DNA of 64,000 nt from an uncultured delta proteobacterium (GTDB taxonomy: Bacteria; Desulfobacterota; Desulfomonilia; UBA1062). A model generated the notes under the pieces. The model was not told the origin of the DNA. It saw only the letters and a list, made by a program, of their open reading frames with translations, and did no database searches. Location: assembly GCA_963785235.1 (NCBI GenBank), contig CAWAUM010000003.1, forward strand, positions 416,001 to 480,000. Reading direction: 5' to 3'. Position numbers and translations under genes: made by a program. Position 1 is the first letter of the stretch, and every line of letters begins with the position of its first letter. Below, one piece after another: positions 50,511-61,342 of the stretch.

Positions 50511-51446
50511 ATGAATAGGCCAAGAATCCTTATCATAGGCGCAGGAATGGTTGGTTCATCGAGTGCTGCATCCATAGCAGGCAGAAGCCTGGGTGAAGTT
50601 TTTCTCTATGACATCGACGAAGGCCTCTGTCTTGGCAGGGCTATGGATATCAATCATTCCCTGCCTTATCAAGGGAGTGACTCGTATACTACCGGCTGTT
50701 CCAGACTCGAGGATGCCGGGGGGGCAGACATCGTGGTGATCACTGCCGGACTGGCACGCAAAGCCGGCATGACCAGGTTCGATCTTCTCAAACACAATGC
50801 TGCCGTTATTGGAACTCTCGCACCACAGCTTGCCTCTCTGAGTCCGGATGCGAGGGTTCTGGTTGTCACCAACCCGGCTGATGTGCTTACCTGGCATCTC
50901 ATGAAACTCTGCCCTGACATGCGGATTTTCGGGCTCGGATGCTCCCTTGACATGGTCCGTCTCAGGCTCTCTATCGCGCAGACAGCCCGGGTTTCGGCAG
51001 ACAATGTCGCAGCCATGGTCATCGGCACCCATGACGACAACATGATACCCCTCATGAGCCATGCAACCATCAGCGGCATCCCCTTAGTCAGACTGCTGAG
51101 CACACATGACAGAGAAAAGATCTCCACCATGACGCGTACTGCGGGCAGTACGATCGTCAACCTCATGAAGAGCCATAGCGGACACTACGCTGCCGGAGAG
51201 GTGATTGCACAGATCGTTGAGTCCATGGCCATGAACAGGGGTATGATCTTTCCATTAAGCACCTGTCTGAATGGGGAATACGGATACCGCGATATCTGCC
51301 TTGCCCTGCCCTGTGTTGTAGACAGTACAGGGGTGAGGAAGGTCATTGAGCTTAATCTCAATGACCAGGAAAGGTCCTCCCTTGAAACCTGTGCCCGCAC
51401 CATGAAAGATCAGATAAGCTCGCTCAAGGTTCTTCTTTCATCATGA
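50511..51446 (+). CDS. LDH-like malate dehydrogenase family enzyme, divergent
   Basis: IIGAGMVG, TAGLARKAGMTR.DLL, VTNPAD, LD..R and catalytic His in IGTHDD. Confidence 0.82.
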   Translation: MNRPRILIIGAGMVGSSSAASIAGRSLGEVFLYDIDEGLCLGRAMDINHSLPYQGSDSYTTGCSRLEDAGGADIVVITAGLARKAGMTRFDLLKHNAAVIGTLAPQLASLSPDARVLVVTNPADVLTWHLMKLCPDMRIFGLGCSLDMVRLRLSIAQTARVSADNVAAMVIGTHDDNMIPLMSHATISGIPLVRLLSTHDREKISTMTRTAGSTIVNLMKSHSGHYAAGEVIAQIVESMAMNRGMIFPLSTCLNGEYGYRDICLALPCVVDSTGVRKVIELNLNDQERSSLETCARTMKDQISSLKVLLSS

Positions 51447-51621
51447 AAAAACCACGAGCATTGGATCTTATCCCAAGAGCAAGGGAATATAAAATACTAT
51501 GAAGAAATGAGATGTTTACAGGATTTGCGAAACGATGAATAACACCTGACATTTTGTCCCTGTCATGTTTCACCCCCTTAATGACGATGAATAGAATACG
51601 TCATTCTCAAGGGGAACTACC

Positions 51622-52416
51622 ATGAAAAAACTCACATTTCTCCTATCAGCCTTTATGGGTATCATCCTCTTTGCCTGCGGGGGCGGAGGAGGTGGTGGCG
51701 GCGGGACTGGTGATGGAGGGGCGAAGACAATCTATTCCCCGGATTATCTCAGCAAGGACATGAACAAGACCTATACCTTCACGGAAACAGAGGTATTTAC
51801 AATAAGGGGACAACAGGGTTCACAGACATCCACCATTGTCTATAGCTATGCACCAAATCCTATTGATACGATCCCCAGTCAATATGGATATTCCGGTGCA
51901 ATTGCAGGACCCTATTCTATTGAGCTACTTACTGTAGATGGCACACCCCGTACAGTCACATACAAAAGCCCTACCGGTTATGCCATTATCAGCGATAATT
52001 TCAGTACATTCACCAGTATCGAGCCTGTTCACACCTCCCTCTCCAGCAATATACCCTCGGATTGGACTGTGGGCGAGGTATATTCACAATCCAGCACGGA
52101 GGATCTCCTCAATTCCGACCAGGATCAGGGCACATTTGGCGAAAAGCTCGGCAGCAAAACTCTTAACTATACCATCAAGGTCCTTGGGATTGAATCTGTA
52201 ACAGTTGCCGCCGGTACATATGAAGCCATAAAAACCCTGGAATCCTCTACCAGCACTTTTACCCTGAATAACCAGACCAAGACCGGGGATACATCAGCAA
52301 CCTCATGGTACGGGAAAGGCATAGGACTTGTGAAGAGTGTCGCTAACTCTACAACCCTATACACCGACGGCACCGTGACGAGTACGGTCACGGACGAGCT
52401 GACAAGCATAAGGTAG
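51622..52416 (+). CDS. Gly-linker lipoprotein, beta-rich (DUF3108/TapB-like C-terminus)
   Basis: Lipobox LFAC followed by poly-Gly; ESVTVAAGTYEA..WYGKGIGLVK. Confidence 0.7.
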   Translation: MKKLTFLLSAFMGIILFACGGGGGGGGGTGDGGAKTIYSPDYLSKDMNKTYTFTETEVFTIRGQQGSQTSTIVYSYAPNPIDTIPSQYGYSGAIAGPYSIELLTVDGTPRTVTYKSPTGYAIISDNFSTFTSIEPVHTSLSSNIPSDWTVGEVYSQSSTEDLLNSDQDQGTFGEKLGSKTLNYTIKVLGIESVTVAAGTYEAIKTLESSTSTFTLNNQTKTGDTSATSWYGKGIGLVKSVANSTTLYTDGTVTSTVTDELTSIR

Positions 52417-52435
52417 TGATTCGTCAGCAGCAACC

Positions 52436-53179
52436 CTACCCTTGGGCCACACCATAGTTCTTCATGATCCGGGCGATATAGTTCCGGGTCTCTTCAGGGA
52501 GATTCCCAGTGCTGCGTTCCAGGTTCCCCATGCCCCAGTTATAGGCTGCCAGGGCTTGTTTTACATCGCCGTTATATCTGTTTAACAGACTTTTCAGGTA
52601 GCGTGTGCCTGCCATGACATTCTGTTCCGGGTCGTAGGCATTGCTCACACCCAGTCCCCTGGCCGTGTCAGGCATGAGCTGCATGAGCCCCATAGCACCC
52701 TTAGGCGAGGTGGCATTGGGATCAAAATCGCTCTCTGCCTGGATAACCGAGGAAATGAGGCCCTTATCGACCCCATAGGTTGCAGATGCCTTGTCAATGA
52801 TTGTACGCATATCTGCAGGCGGCTGAATTGATGGAACCGACGGCTCAGACTGTCGGACTTTTGACTCTTGCTGCCGGGTACCCTGGATATCGGTCAAGCC
52901 GGACATGAAATGAAAGATGTCCCCTTCACCCTCCCCATCTTTACCTGCAAATGAGTTCATGACCGACTGGCTCATCTGCATCTTGACGAATTCAAGCATA
53001 ACAGCGATCTTATCCGTATCATCCTTTGTATCAGAGCCTTCCGAGGCCTTTTGCACTATCTCTTTCAGCAACTGTGAAAAGCCTTCCGGGCCGGCAGTAG
53101 ATTTTTGGGCAGAATGTGCTGGGCCTGCAGAAAGCCCTTGGATTAATCTCTCCAATACATCGTTTGAGGCAACCTTCAT
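52436..53179 (-). CDS. Soluble lytic transglycosylase (SLT domain)
   Basis: VIQAESDF, SPKGAMGLMQLMP, ALAAYNWG and ETRNYI motifs. Confidence 0.93.
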   Translation of the reverse strand: MKVASNDVLERLIQGLSAGPAHSAQKSTAGPEGFSQLLKEIVQKASEGSDTKDDTDKIAVMLEFVKMQMSQSVMNSFAGKDGEGEGDIFHFMSGLTDIQGTRQQESKVRQSEPSVPSIQPPADMRTIIDKASATYGVDKGLISSVIQAESDFDPNATSPKGAMGLMQLMPDTARGLGVSNAYDPEQNVMAGTRYLKSLLNRYNGDVKQALAAYNWGMGNLERSTGNLPEETRNYIARIMKNYGVAQG

Positions 53180-53210
53180 CCTGCCCTCCCCTTATCTCTC
53201 AGCAATAACA

Positions 53211-53226
53211 TACAAAGTCCATGCCA
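53211..53226 (-). promoter_or_regulatory. Possible sigma54 promoter of the SLT gene
   Basis: Minus strand TGGCATGGACTTTGTA; the -24 GG is intact but -12 GC is replaced by GT. Confidence 0.35.
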
Positions 53227-53316
53227 GCAGTTGGGTTCTTTATAAATCCTGAAGATAGGATCCAGAAGATACCTGTATTCTGGATCCTGCCGACCTAAAC
53301 AGTTTCGAGACAAGGC

Positions 53317-54759
53317 TTATCTGAAGAAGATGAACCAGATAACCAAAAAGAGGGGTATCAGCACGGGGATGGAATAGAAAAAGATATACTCCATGAAGTG
53401 CGGCGTCTTTACCTTCTGATGCTCTGCAATGGATTTGACCATGAAATTCGGGCCGTTTCCGATGTAGGTCATTGCCCCGAACATTACTGCCGCGGCCGAT
53501 ATGGCCTGGATATATTTCCAGGATTCCATGGTCAGGGGCTTTAAATGGGATGCCTGTAGAAACTGCAGATGGTCGATTTGAGGACTGGAAAGCATGCCGA
53601 GCATGGCCTGCATATGCATGGGGTTATCAACACTGAGGCCATGCAGGCCAAAGGAGGCACTTAAGAAATTGAGGTAGGTCGGGGCGTTGTCAAGGATGGA
53701 AGAGAGGATTCCTGAGCACCAGTAATAATGGCCCGGCTCTGAGATACCCAGAATGCCTGCATTCAGCTCAAGCCAGTCAAGGGCCGGGACCATGGTGGCA
53801 AAGATGGCGGCAAAGAGGATGGCAACCTCCTGAATGGGCGTGAAGGTAAACTGGTTCTTCTCGTGGATCTGTTTTTTTGTCGTGAAATAGCTCGCAGCGG
53901 CAGCAAAGATCATGACCATCTCGCGCACAGGTTCATTCAGGAACACGGCACCGATGATTATCATGAGGAAGATGCTGTTATGCAGGCCTTCAACAAAGGC
54001 ATGCTCGCCTTCGGCTTCGACCTCATGTTCCATGTCATCCGGGAGTTTCTTATAGTTGTAGTAGTCTATGATGTAAAAAATGAGCAGTAAGAATGAGACG
54101 GCAATTATCCAGATCAGCCAGACTCGCGTGATCACCCAGAAGAACGGGACACCCTTGAGATAGCCCAGAAAGAGCGGCGGATCACCAATAGGGGTCAGCA
54201 ATCCGCCTATGTTCGAAACAATGAATATGAAGAAGACAATGTGGTAGCCCGAGATTCGATACCTGTTTACCCGGATATACGGCCTGATAAGGACCATGGA
54301 GGCACCGGTAGTGCCAAGGAAATTTGAAATGACTGCCCCTATGGCAAGGAGAATGACATTTGCATGGGGCGTCGATCTCCCTTTTATCCTGATATGGATG
54401 CCTCCGGATACTATGAAGAGCGAACCGATAAGGGCGATAAAACTGAAATATTCGAATGCCGTATTTATCATCCGCGGCCCATTCTTGAGGATAATAAAAT
54501 AGTAAATCAGAGGGATAGAACTGAGAATCAGACAGACATAAGCGTACCTCTTTTCCCACCAGAGGGCATTGATAAAGGGCATGACTGCAATCGCAAGGAG
54601 CAGCAGGACAAACGGGGCAATCATGGCCGGGTGAACAGGGACAATGGCATATTCAAGGGCATGTGCAGAAAGGGCCGGGAAGAAAAGGAAAAAACCCGAA
54701 AAAAGGATGGCTGTCAATGCACCCTTCCTTATTCTTAAGGTAAAAAACCAGACGATCAA
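53317..54759 (-). CDS. IT-superfamily putative Na+/H+ antiporter (CitMHS_2-like)
   Basis: GTTGASM, SNIGGLLTPIGDPPLFLG, LDNAPTY and TYIGNGPNFMVK motifs. Confidence 0.88.
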   Translation of the reverse strand: MIVWFFTLRIRKGALTAILFSGFFLFFPALSAHALEYAIVPVHPAMIAPFVLLLLAIAVMPFINALWWEKRYAYVCLILSSIPLIYYFIILKNGPRMINTAFEYFSFIALIGSLFIVSGGIHIRIKGRSTPHANVILLAIGAVISNFLGTTGASMVLIRPYIRVNRYRISGYHIVFFIFIVSNIGGLLTPIGDPPLFLGYLKGVPFFWVITRVWLIWIIAVSFLLLIFYIIDYYNYKKLPDDMEHEVEAEGEHAFVEGLHNSIFLMIIIGAVFLNEPVREMVMIFAAAASYFTTKKQIHEKNQFTFTPIQEVAILFAAIFATMVPALDWLELNAGILGISEPGHYYWCSGILSSILDNAPTYLNFLSASFGLHGLSVDNPMHMQAMLGMLSSPQIDHLQFLQASHLKPLTMESWKYIQAISAAAVMFGAMTYIGNGPNFMVKSIAEHQKVKTPHFMEYIFFYSIPVLIPLFLVIWFIFFR

Positions 54760-54884
54760 TCAACCCCTGCCGGGAATCCATACCATGTCATAGCGGAAAT
54801 CATAGGCAAACTCAAGACGGCTTGTTGTACCTGTGTCGCGAAAAACCTATGTGATTCTTAACACCTTCCATGACGCTATCGGTA

Positions 54885-57163
54885 TCAACCTGAAGGCTCA
54901 GCGGGTTTCGCCTCCTGAATTGTGCCACAGCCAAGGCACTGATAGAACCACTGACCCTTTCTTGTTGATGGAATCACGCGCATGGGTTGCCTGCAGGTCC
55001 CGCAAGCAATAGGTTCGGGGGTGCGGGGATCTGCTTCTTTTCGTGTCTGCCACTTATTGCACTGAACGCAGACCTTTCCACCGTTCCGGGTGGTTCGGAC
55101 AGGTCCCTGGCAGAATCGACAAATAACAAGCGGTTTCCCTTGTGCATCCGAATCAAAGGATATCTTGCATTCAGGATCTTTAGACGCGGAGCACTTCACG
55201 TAGTAACGACCTTCCCAGTCCCTAAGATGCAGGTTCGATCCACACTTCGGGCAGGTTCCCATTACCGGGCCGAAAACACGCCGGTTGCCTTGGGGGGCAT
55301 GCTGTTTGATCTGATCTACCAGTTCGGTCACAAAGGCCCGTATGCCGCTCATGAACTCATCCCGTCTGGCCTCGCCCCGGCGGATTCGCTCCAGGCGTGC
55401 TTCCCATTCGCCGGTCATCTGGGGGCTTTTCAGGGTCTCGGTCCGGATAGATTGGATCAGTTCGATCCCTTTAGCCGTCGGCTGCAGGATGTTACGTGTG
55501 CGCTCGACGAAACCGCGTTTCAGCAGCGTTTCGATTATATTGGCCCTGGTGGCGGGTGTGCCCAGGCCACAGTCTTTCATGGCCCCTTTCAGTTCTTCAT
55601 CGTCAAGTTCCTTACCGGCGCTCTGCATAGCGCCCAGCAGGTCCCCTTCGGTCATGCGCTTGGGGGGCGATGGTCTTGCCTGCCTTGGGAAAGAGGTCCT
55701 TGGTCTCGACGACTTCTTCCTTAACGACCGAAGGCAACAGGCCGGTGTCCTCGTCATCATCAGTTTCATCCATCTTCGGGGTTCTTTACCTTCGTCTTTT
55801 CTTTTTTCAGTCGGCCATAGGGCGGGTCGACTGCGGACCATCCCAATTCTTTCACAACTGTGCCCGTGGTTTTGAATGTCTCCTTGTCGATCTTCGTGAT
55901 GATGGTGGTCTTGCCTTCGATACGCTCGGGGAAGTACGCTGCCAGGAAACGTCGCGCGATCAGCTCGTAGACCTTCAACCGGTCACCCTGGAGATTCTTT
56001 GCCGGGTTCTCTGTAAGCGTCAGGGCCGAATGATCTTCTACCTCCTTGTCGTTCACGAAACGCTTGTCGAGTTTCACGGGCCAGCGCTTCCGAAGCTCCT
56101 CAATAAAGGGTTGCAGCTCCGTAAGCTGCCCCTGAGCTATGGCCTTGATCCAGCCCGCAGACTTCTGTGCGTCTGCTTGTGTCAAGTACCTGGAATTCGT
56201 ACGCGGGTAGCTGATGAGCTTGGATTCATAGAGATCCTGTGCCACTTCCAGGGTGTGCTCTGCCGTGAACCCGAAGCGCTTGTTGGATTCCTTCTGGAGA
56301 TTGGTAAGGTCGTACAGCAGCTCGGGTTTTTTCTTTTCCGTCTTGGAGGTAACCGATGCAACATTGCCGGGCAGGCCGGAAAGCTTGTTAGCAAGGGCCT
56401 TGGCGTCTTCTTCCTGTTCGAAACGATCCTGATCCTTCCTACCAACCTTGCGGAACCATTTGCCTGTGTACGTGCCACACTTGGATTGAAAGGTAGCCCA
56501 GAGGGTCCAGAAGTCCTTCGGTATGAATTCAGTGATTTCCAGCTCGCGATTTACCAGGAGCGCCAAAGTAGGTGTCTGTACGCGGCCGATGGAGTAAACC
56601 CCTTCTCCTCCACAGCGGCGCATGACCAGCGTCTGGGCCCGCGTGCAGTTGATTCCGACCAGCCAATCCGACTCCTGCCGGCTACGCGCCGCATCCCGCA
56701 GGCCGCTGTAAGCCTCGCCCGGCTTCATCCGGCCATAAGCCTCCCGGATGGCGTTATCAGTGAGGCTCGACGTCCAGAACCTCTGTACGGGTTTAGTGCA
56801 TCCCGATAAGCGATAAACCAGATCAAAGATGAGCTCGCCTTCGCGACCGGCATCCGTCGCATTCACGACATCCGCCACATCGTCACGGGTCATGAGTTTT
56901 GCCACCACCTCGTATTGATCCTTGGTGGCCTCGATGGGTAAGTAACAAAACGGATCGGGGAAAAAAGGTACCGTATCCAGCCTCCACAATTTGAGCCCAG
57001 GATCGTATCCTTCAGGGCCCATAGCCTCCACCAGGTGGCCCACACACCACGTGACAATGACATCGGCGCCCTGGATGAAATTGCGCCCCGTCCCCTGAAT
57101 TCCCAAGGCCGCCGCGATGGCACGGCCCATGCTGGGTTTTTCACAGATGATGATACGGGTCAT
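54885..57163 (-). CDS. topB: DNA topoisomerase III with C-terminal Zn ribbons (two +1 indels near 55771 and 55671)
   Basis: CEKPS, WCVGHL, ATDAGREGELI, GRVQTPTL, catalytic ISYPRT and GLGTPATRA motifs, plus several CxxC pairs. Confidence 0.92.
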
Positions 57164-57351
57164 AGAGTTTCTTTTTTGAATTTTCTCATCCATAACTTTT
57201 ATAGTCGCAGTCAATAAAACCTCATATATCAAAAATTCTTAGAATAAAGTACACATCGCTTTACAATTTTTTATAAGGTAGTTTATTTATTGACACATCA
57301 GCTATTAGTGCTAAGCTACGCCAAATTCTCATAGAGCGGGGGAAGACTCTC

Positions 57352-57531
57352 ATGAAGAACATAGAGATGAAGACTGAAGGCAACATCCTTACAATTAAGG
57401 TTGATCTTACAAAAGAATTCGGACCCTCATCATCGGGCAAGACCATTATCATTGCTTCAACCGAAGGGAATATTTCCATTGAGGGGCATGAGGAAATCAA
57501 GGTGGGATTGAACATTTACAAGAAGAAATAA
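57352..57531 (+). CDS. Conserved-looking 59-aa beta-rich small protein
   Basis: Below the ORF-track cutoff: MKNIEMKTEGNILTIKVDLTKEFGPSSSGKTIIIASTEGNISIEGHEEIKVGLNIYKKK; GGGGGAAG RBS; upstream TTGACA..TAAGCT promoter-like site. Confidence 0.85.
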   Translation: MKNIEMKTEGNILTIKVDLTKEFGPSSSGKTIIIASTEGNISIEGHEEIKVGLNIYKKK

Positions 57532-57562
57532 CTTAAGCAGAGAAACCAACATTACTGTGATA

Positions 57563-58756
57563 TCATGGTATTGAGGTATGAAACTGTGAAATAAACCGTT
57601 TATCGATGAAGTCCTTAAGCCTGAAGGCCCACTTTCCCTTCAGCACCAGCTGACTGCGAACAAATATCCCCATGCCGTCACCGAGGTTTAAGATGAGGAG
57701 ATATCTCTTCTGGGGTACAAACTCCTTTAACGGATCACCTTTGAGGTGGGCCTGAATATTATGCAAGAGTATGGGCGCCTGCCGTACGGCATAAACCCCT
57801 ACCATATCCAGTGGCATATTCATGAATGTTATACAGTCGCCTCCCCCGAAGATTTCAGGATGAGAAGTGCTCTGCAGATAGTTGTTGACCAATAGAGCGC
57901 CGTTTTGCGCTGTTTCAATTCCGGAACCTTCAAATACCTTTGCCGGACGGATGCCCGTAGCCAGGACTGCTATGTCATAGGCTATTTCCCTGTGGTCTGA
58001 AGTCCTTGCGGTCTTGTTATCAAGGGAGGAAACCTGGCAGCGAGTAAGTATTGTTATTCCTCTTTTCATGAGTGAATCCTTGGCAAAGAGCCCTGCCTTA
58101 TCAGGAAACCGGGGCAACAATGATTCTTCGAAGCCTGCCAGTATGATCTCGGCCTTCCCTTCATTCTGACTCACCAGCCGTTGTATATTACCTGCTATCT
58201 CTACGCCTGCAGGCCCTGTACCGATAATAAGGATGCGTGGTATGGAGCTTTTTATCTGAGAAAGAATCGTCTGTTTGAGGACCACAAGGTTTATAATGGG
58301 CTTTATGGGATATGCCTCTTTTTCAGCCCCTTTCACAAGATCCATTGGCACCGAGCTTCCCACGTTGAATGACACAATATCGTAAGGGATCTTCTCTCCG
58401 TTATCGAGATGCAGGCTCTGCCTGAGAGGATCGATTCCGATGACATGCCCCTTGATGAACTGCGCCCCGCTCGAGAAGGCCAGTCTTTGTACATCCACAC
58501 GAACATCATCCGGTTCGTATATCCCGGAAAGCATGCCAGGGCCCATTCCCGAGTAATAATGGTATTGATCCGGTCCGATAACAATGACTTCAGAGCCTTG
58601 TCGTATCAACAACCCGGCATTTTTGACAGAGTACAGGTGGGCGTGTCCTGCCCCGACAAAAACGATCCGTGCCTTTTGTGTCTTATTCACCTGTGCCCTC
58701 TTTATCTGTGGTGTCCCCCGGCATGATGGTCCCGAACCTGGTTTATCTGATTGCAT
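57563..58756 (-). CDS. FAD-dependent pyridine nucleotide-disulfide oxidoreductase (NDH-2/SelD N-terminal-like); start may be GTG 58690
   Basis: VGAGHAH, YYSGMGPG, GTGPAGVE, IFGGGDC, GVYAVRQ and W.FRLKDFID.RF motifs. Confidence 0.87.
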   Translation of the reverse strand: MQSDKPGSGPSCRGTPQIKRAQVNKTQKARIVFVGAGHAHLYSVKNAGLLIRQGSEVIVIGPDQYHYYSGMGPGMLSGIYEPDDVRVDVQRLAFSSGAQFIKGHVIGIDPLRQSLHLDNGEKIPYDIVSFNVGSSVPMDLVKGAEKEAYPIKPIINLVVLKQTILSQIKSSIPRILIIGTGPAGVEIAGNIQRLVSQNEGKAEIILAGFEESLLPRFPDKAGLFAKDSLMKRGITILTRCQVSSLDNKTARTSDHREIAYDIAVLATGIRPAKVFEGSGIETAQNGALLVNNYLQSTSHPEIFGGGDCITFMNMPLDMVGVYAVRQAPILLHNIQAHLKGDPLKEFVPQKRYLLILNLGDGMGIFVRSQLVLKGKWAFRLKDFIDKRFISQFHTSIP

Positions 58757-58836
58757 CCTTTATTATCACATAACCTTATATCTCTGTATGGTATTATAAT
58801 TATGACCTATGTTAGGAAAGCAACCTATGAACTCAA

Positions 58837-60096
58837 TTGAAGGCAACCTTAAGGGCCCTGCGTTCCAGTAATTACCGGCTTTTCTTCAGCGGTCAGGGCG
58901 TGTCCCTCATGGGGACATGGATGCAGCAGACAGCCATGAGCTGGCTTGTGTACCGGCTCACCGGATCTGCCATGATCCTTGGTCTTATCGGGTTCACTTC
59001 GCAGATCCCCATGTTACTGTTTTCCCCCATTGCAGGCGTGTACGCCGACCGGCTGAATCGATACCGCATGGTTATTGCCACACAGTTCTGCGCCATGCTG
59101 CAGGCCTTGGCACTTGCCTTTCTTGCACTGACCGGCTTGATAGAGGTCTGGCATCTCTTTATCCTGAGCTTTCTCCTGGGCCTTATCAATTCCTTCGATA
59201 TGCCCATCAGGCAATCATTTGTCGTTGAACTGCTTGAGAGCAAGGCGGATCTTGGCAATGCCATTGCGCTGAACTCCTTCCTCTTCAATGGCGCCAGGCT
59301 TTTGGGCCCATCCATTGCGGGCGTCCTCATCGGTATGACCAGTGAAGGAACCTGTTTTCTTATTAATGGCATCAGTTTCCTTGCCGTGCTGTTGGCCCTG
59401 TTATCTATGCAGATCAAGACAAGGAGTTTGTCCAGTGCAAAGGATAGTATCATGAATGATATGAAAGCCGGGTTCGTGTATGTGCGTAAATTCATGCCCA
59501 TCCGATATATTTTGTACAACCTTGCACTCATGAGCTTCATTGGAATGCCTTTTGCCGTTCTGATGCCTGTTTTTGCAAAAGATATCCTTAAGGGAGGCCC
59601 CGAAACCCTCGGTTTCCTCATGGCTTCATCCGGCCTTGGCGCCATAGCTGGGGCGCTGTTCCTGGCATCGAGAAAGACCGTGCTCGGGCTTGGACGTCTC
59701 ATTGTCTTAGGGTCAATCATGTTTGGGACCGGTCTTATCTGTTTTGCCATTTCCACGTCAGTACTTCTATCAGCGGCCTTGCTGACCTTCACGGGATTCG
59801 GGATGATGGTGCAGATGGTCGCAAGCAACACGATCATCCAGACCATTGTTGATGACACGATGAGGGGACGGGTCATGAGCTTTTTTGCCATGTCATTTGC
59901 CGGCACCATGCCTTTCGGCAGCCTCTATGCCGGATCGCTGGCCTCTTCCATCGGGGCCCCACGGACACTCATCATAAGCGGCATCGTCTGTATTGCTGTG
60001 GCATTACTATTTTACAGAAGGCTCAAACCCATGCGTGAGGTCATACGTCCCATCTACCATAAGATGGGTATCCTTCCAGACTCACCTTGGCCTTGA
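58837..60096 (+). CDS. MFS transporter (H+ antiporter/MFS_3-like)
   Basis: NYRLFFSGQ.VS..GTWMQ, GVYADR, NAIALNS..FN.AR..GP and RGRVMS motifs. Confidence 0.92.
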   Translation: MKATLRALRSSNYRLFFSGQGVSLMGTWMQQTAMSWLVYRLTGSAMILGLIGFTSQIPMLLFSPIAGVYADRLNRYRMVIATQFCAMLQALALAFLALTGLIEVWHLFILSFLLGLINSFDMPIRQSFVVELLESKADLGNAIALNSFLFNGARLLGPSIAGVLIGMTSEGTCFLINGISFLAVLLALLSMQIKTRSLSSAKDSIMNDMKAGFVYVRKFMPIRYILYNLALMSFIGMPFAVLMPVFAKDILKGGPETLGFLMASSGLGAIAGALFLASRKTVLGLGRLIVLGSIMFGTGLICFAISTSVLLSAALLTFTGFGMMVQMVASNTIIQTIVDDTMRGRVMSFFAMSFAGTMPFGSLYAGSLASSIGAPRTLIISGIVCIAVALLFYRRLKPMREVIRPIYHKMGILPDSPWP

Positions 60097-60242
60097 ATTT
60101 TATTCAACTTGAAGGTTGCAGGCATTTTCCCGTATAGTAAATTCAGGAGTTTTCTATGGATCCTAAAATGAGAGAATGGATGAAACAGGCCCTCAATCCC
60201 GCATGGAGAGGCCCTGATAATGATCAGAAGGGAGGTCCTTCC

Positions 60243-61061
60243 ATGGACGATGGAAGCAAAGCAAATTCGAAAATGGTTATTGTCGGGGTTATTGTTGCAG
60301 CACTTGTCATTATAACCATCGCCAATCCCATTGCTGTCATCCCCGCAGGGCATGTGGGAGTAAAGGATCTCTTTGGTTTTGTTTCAGCAGATACGCTGCC
60401 TCCGGGCCTAAGGATTGTTGTCCCGCTTACTCGTGTAGTTAACATGTCTGTGCAGACCCAGGAGATAACGGAGAAGGCTGATACACCGTCCAGAGAAGGG
60501 CTCATTATAGACCTTGAAGTATCTCTTCTCTACCGGGTAGATCCGGATAAGGCTGCTGAGATCTATAAAAAAGTTGGCACTGACTACAGGAATGTGATTG
60601 TCGAGCCTCAATTCAGGTCAGCAATACGTGAGATAACAGCATCATACGACGCCAAATCGCTCTATTCCTCCGAACGCAACAAGATCGCCGGCGAGATGCA
60701 GAATATGTTTGTGCAGCTCACCAAAAGCAAGGGCATGATATGTGATCAGGTCCTGTTAAGGAAGGTGGGTCTGCCGCCTGTCATCGCCAATGCAATCCAG
60801 GAAAAACTCAAGAGAGAGCAGGAGAGCGAGCAGATGAAATTTGTCCTTCAGAAGGAACAGCAGGAGGCTGAACGCAAGCGCATCGAGGCCCAGGGTATCA
60901 CGGACTTCCAGAAGATAGTTTCCCAGGGATTAAACACTCAAATCCTTGAATGGAAGGGGATTGAGGCCACTGAAAAACTCGCTAACAGCCCTAATGCCAA
61001 GATCGTGGTAATCGGGAATTCGAAAAATGGTCTACCCCTTATCCTAGGGGGAGATAAGTAA
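60243..61061 (+). CDS. SPFH/prohibitin family membrane protein
   Basis: N-terminal TM, VIPAGHVGV, SREGL and AIQEK..EQE..EAERKRIEAQG motifs; AAGGGAGG RBS. Confidence 0.92.
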   Translation: MDDGSKANSKMVIVGVIVAALVIITIANPIAVIPAGHVGVKDLFGFVSADTLPPGLRIVVPLTRVVNMSVQTQEITEKADTPSREGLIIDLEVSLLYRVDPDKAAEIYKKVGTDYRNVIVEPQFRSAIREITASYDAKSLYSSERNKIAGEMQNMFVQLTKSKGMICDQVLLRKVGLPPVIANAIQEKLKREQESEQMKFVLQKEQQEAERKRIEAQGITDFQKIVSQGLNTQILEWKGIEATEKLANSPNAKIVVIGNSKNGLPLILGGDK

Positions 61062-61102
61062 CACCATAAAGCATACAATGAAGAGAGAGGGTGCCCTGTG
61101 GG

Positions 61103-61342
61103 TTAATCCTCTCTTTCTATTGCCTCCAACCTGAGTAAGTTGATGTCGGTCTTTGGCTGATATTTGTGAATCAGTTCACCAATTGCCTCATTCACGAGAA
61201 GAGAAAGCTCTTTTCCCGTCAATGCGGAAAGAACGGTAAGGGCCTTTGTATACCGCTCTTCAATATAATAATTTCTTTTTATCAGCTTAGTATTATTACC
61301 ATTTTTTCTCATTTCTAGTGGTTTCCTTCCTCTGGTAGCCAT
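61103..61342 (-). CDS. Small ribbon-helix-helix-like DNA-binding protein
   Basis: Beta strand KRNYYI, helix, TG..S.LVNEAI..L..KY pattern; GAGGGG RBS. Confidence 0.6.
   Translation of the reverse strand: MATRGRKPLEMRKNGNNTKLIKRNYYIEERYTKALTVLSALTGKELSLLVNEAIGELIHKYQPKTDINLLRLEAIERED

Noticed and set aside
55670-56809. 379-aa plus-strand ORF opposite topB (likewise 618..1514 and 18390..19037)
   Set aside because: These are antisense shadows of well-supported genes with no recognisable domains.
58893-59909. 338-aa antisense ORF over the MFS gene
   Set aside because: Shadow ORF of a hydrophobic gene; no motifs or RBS.
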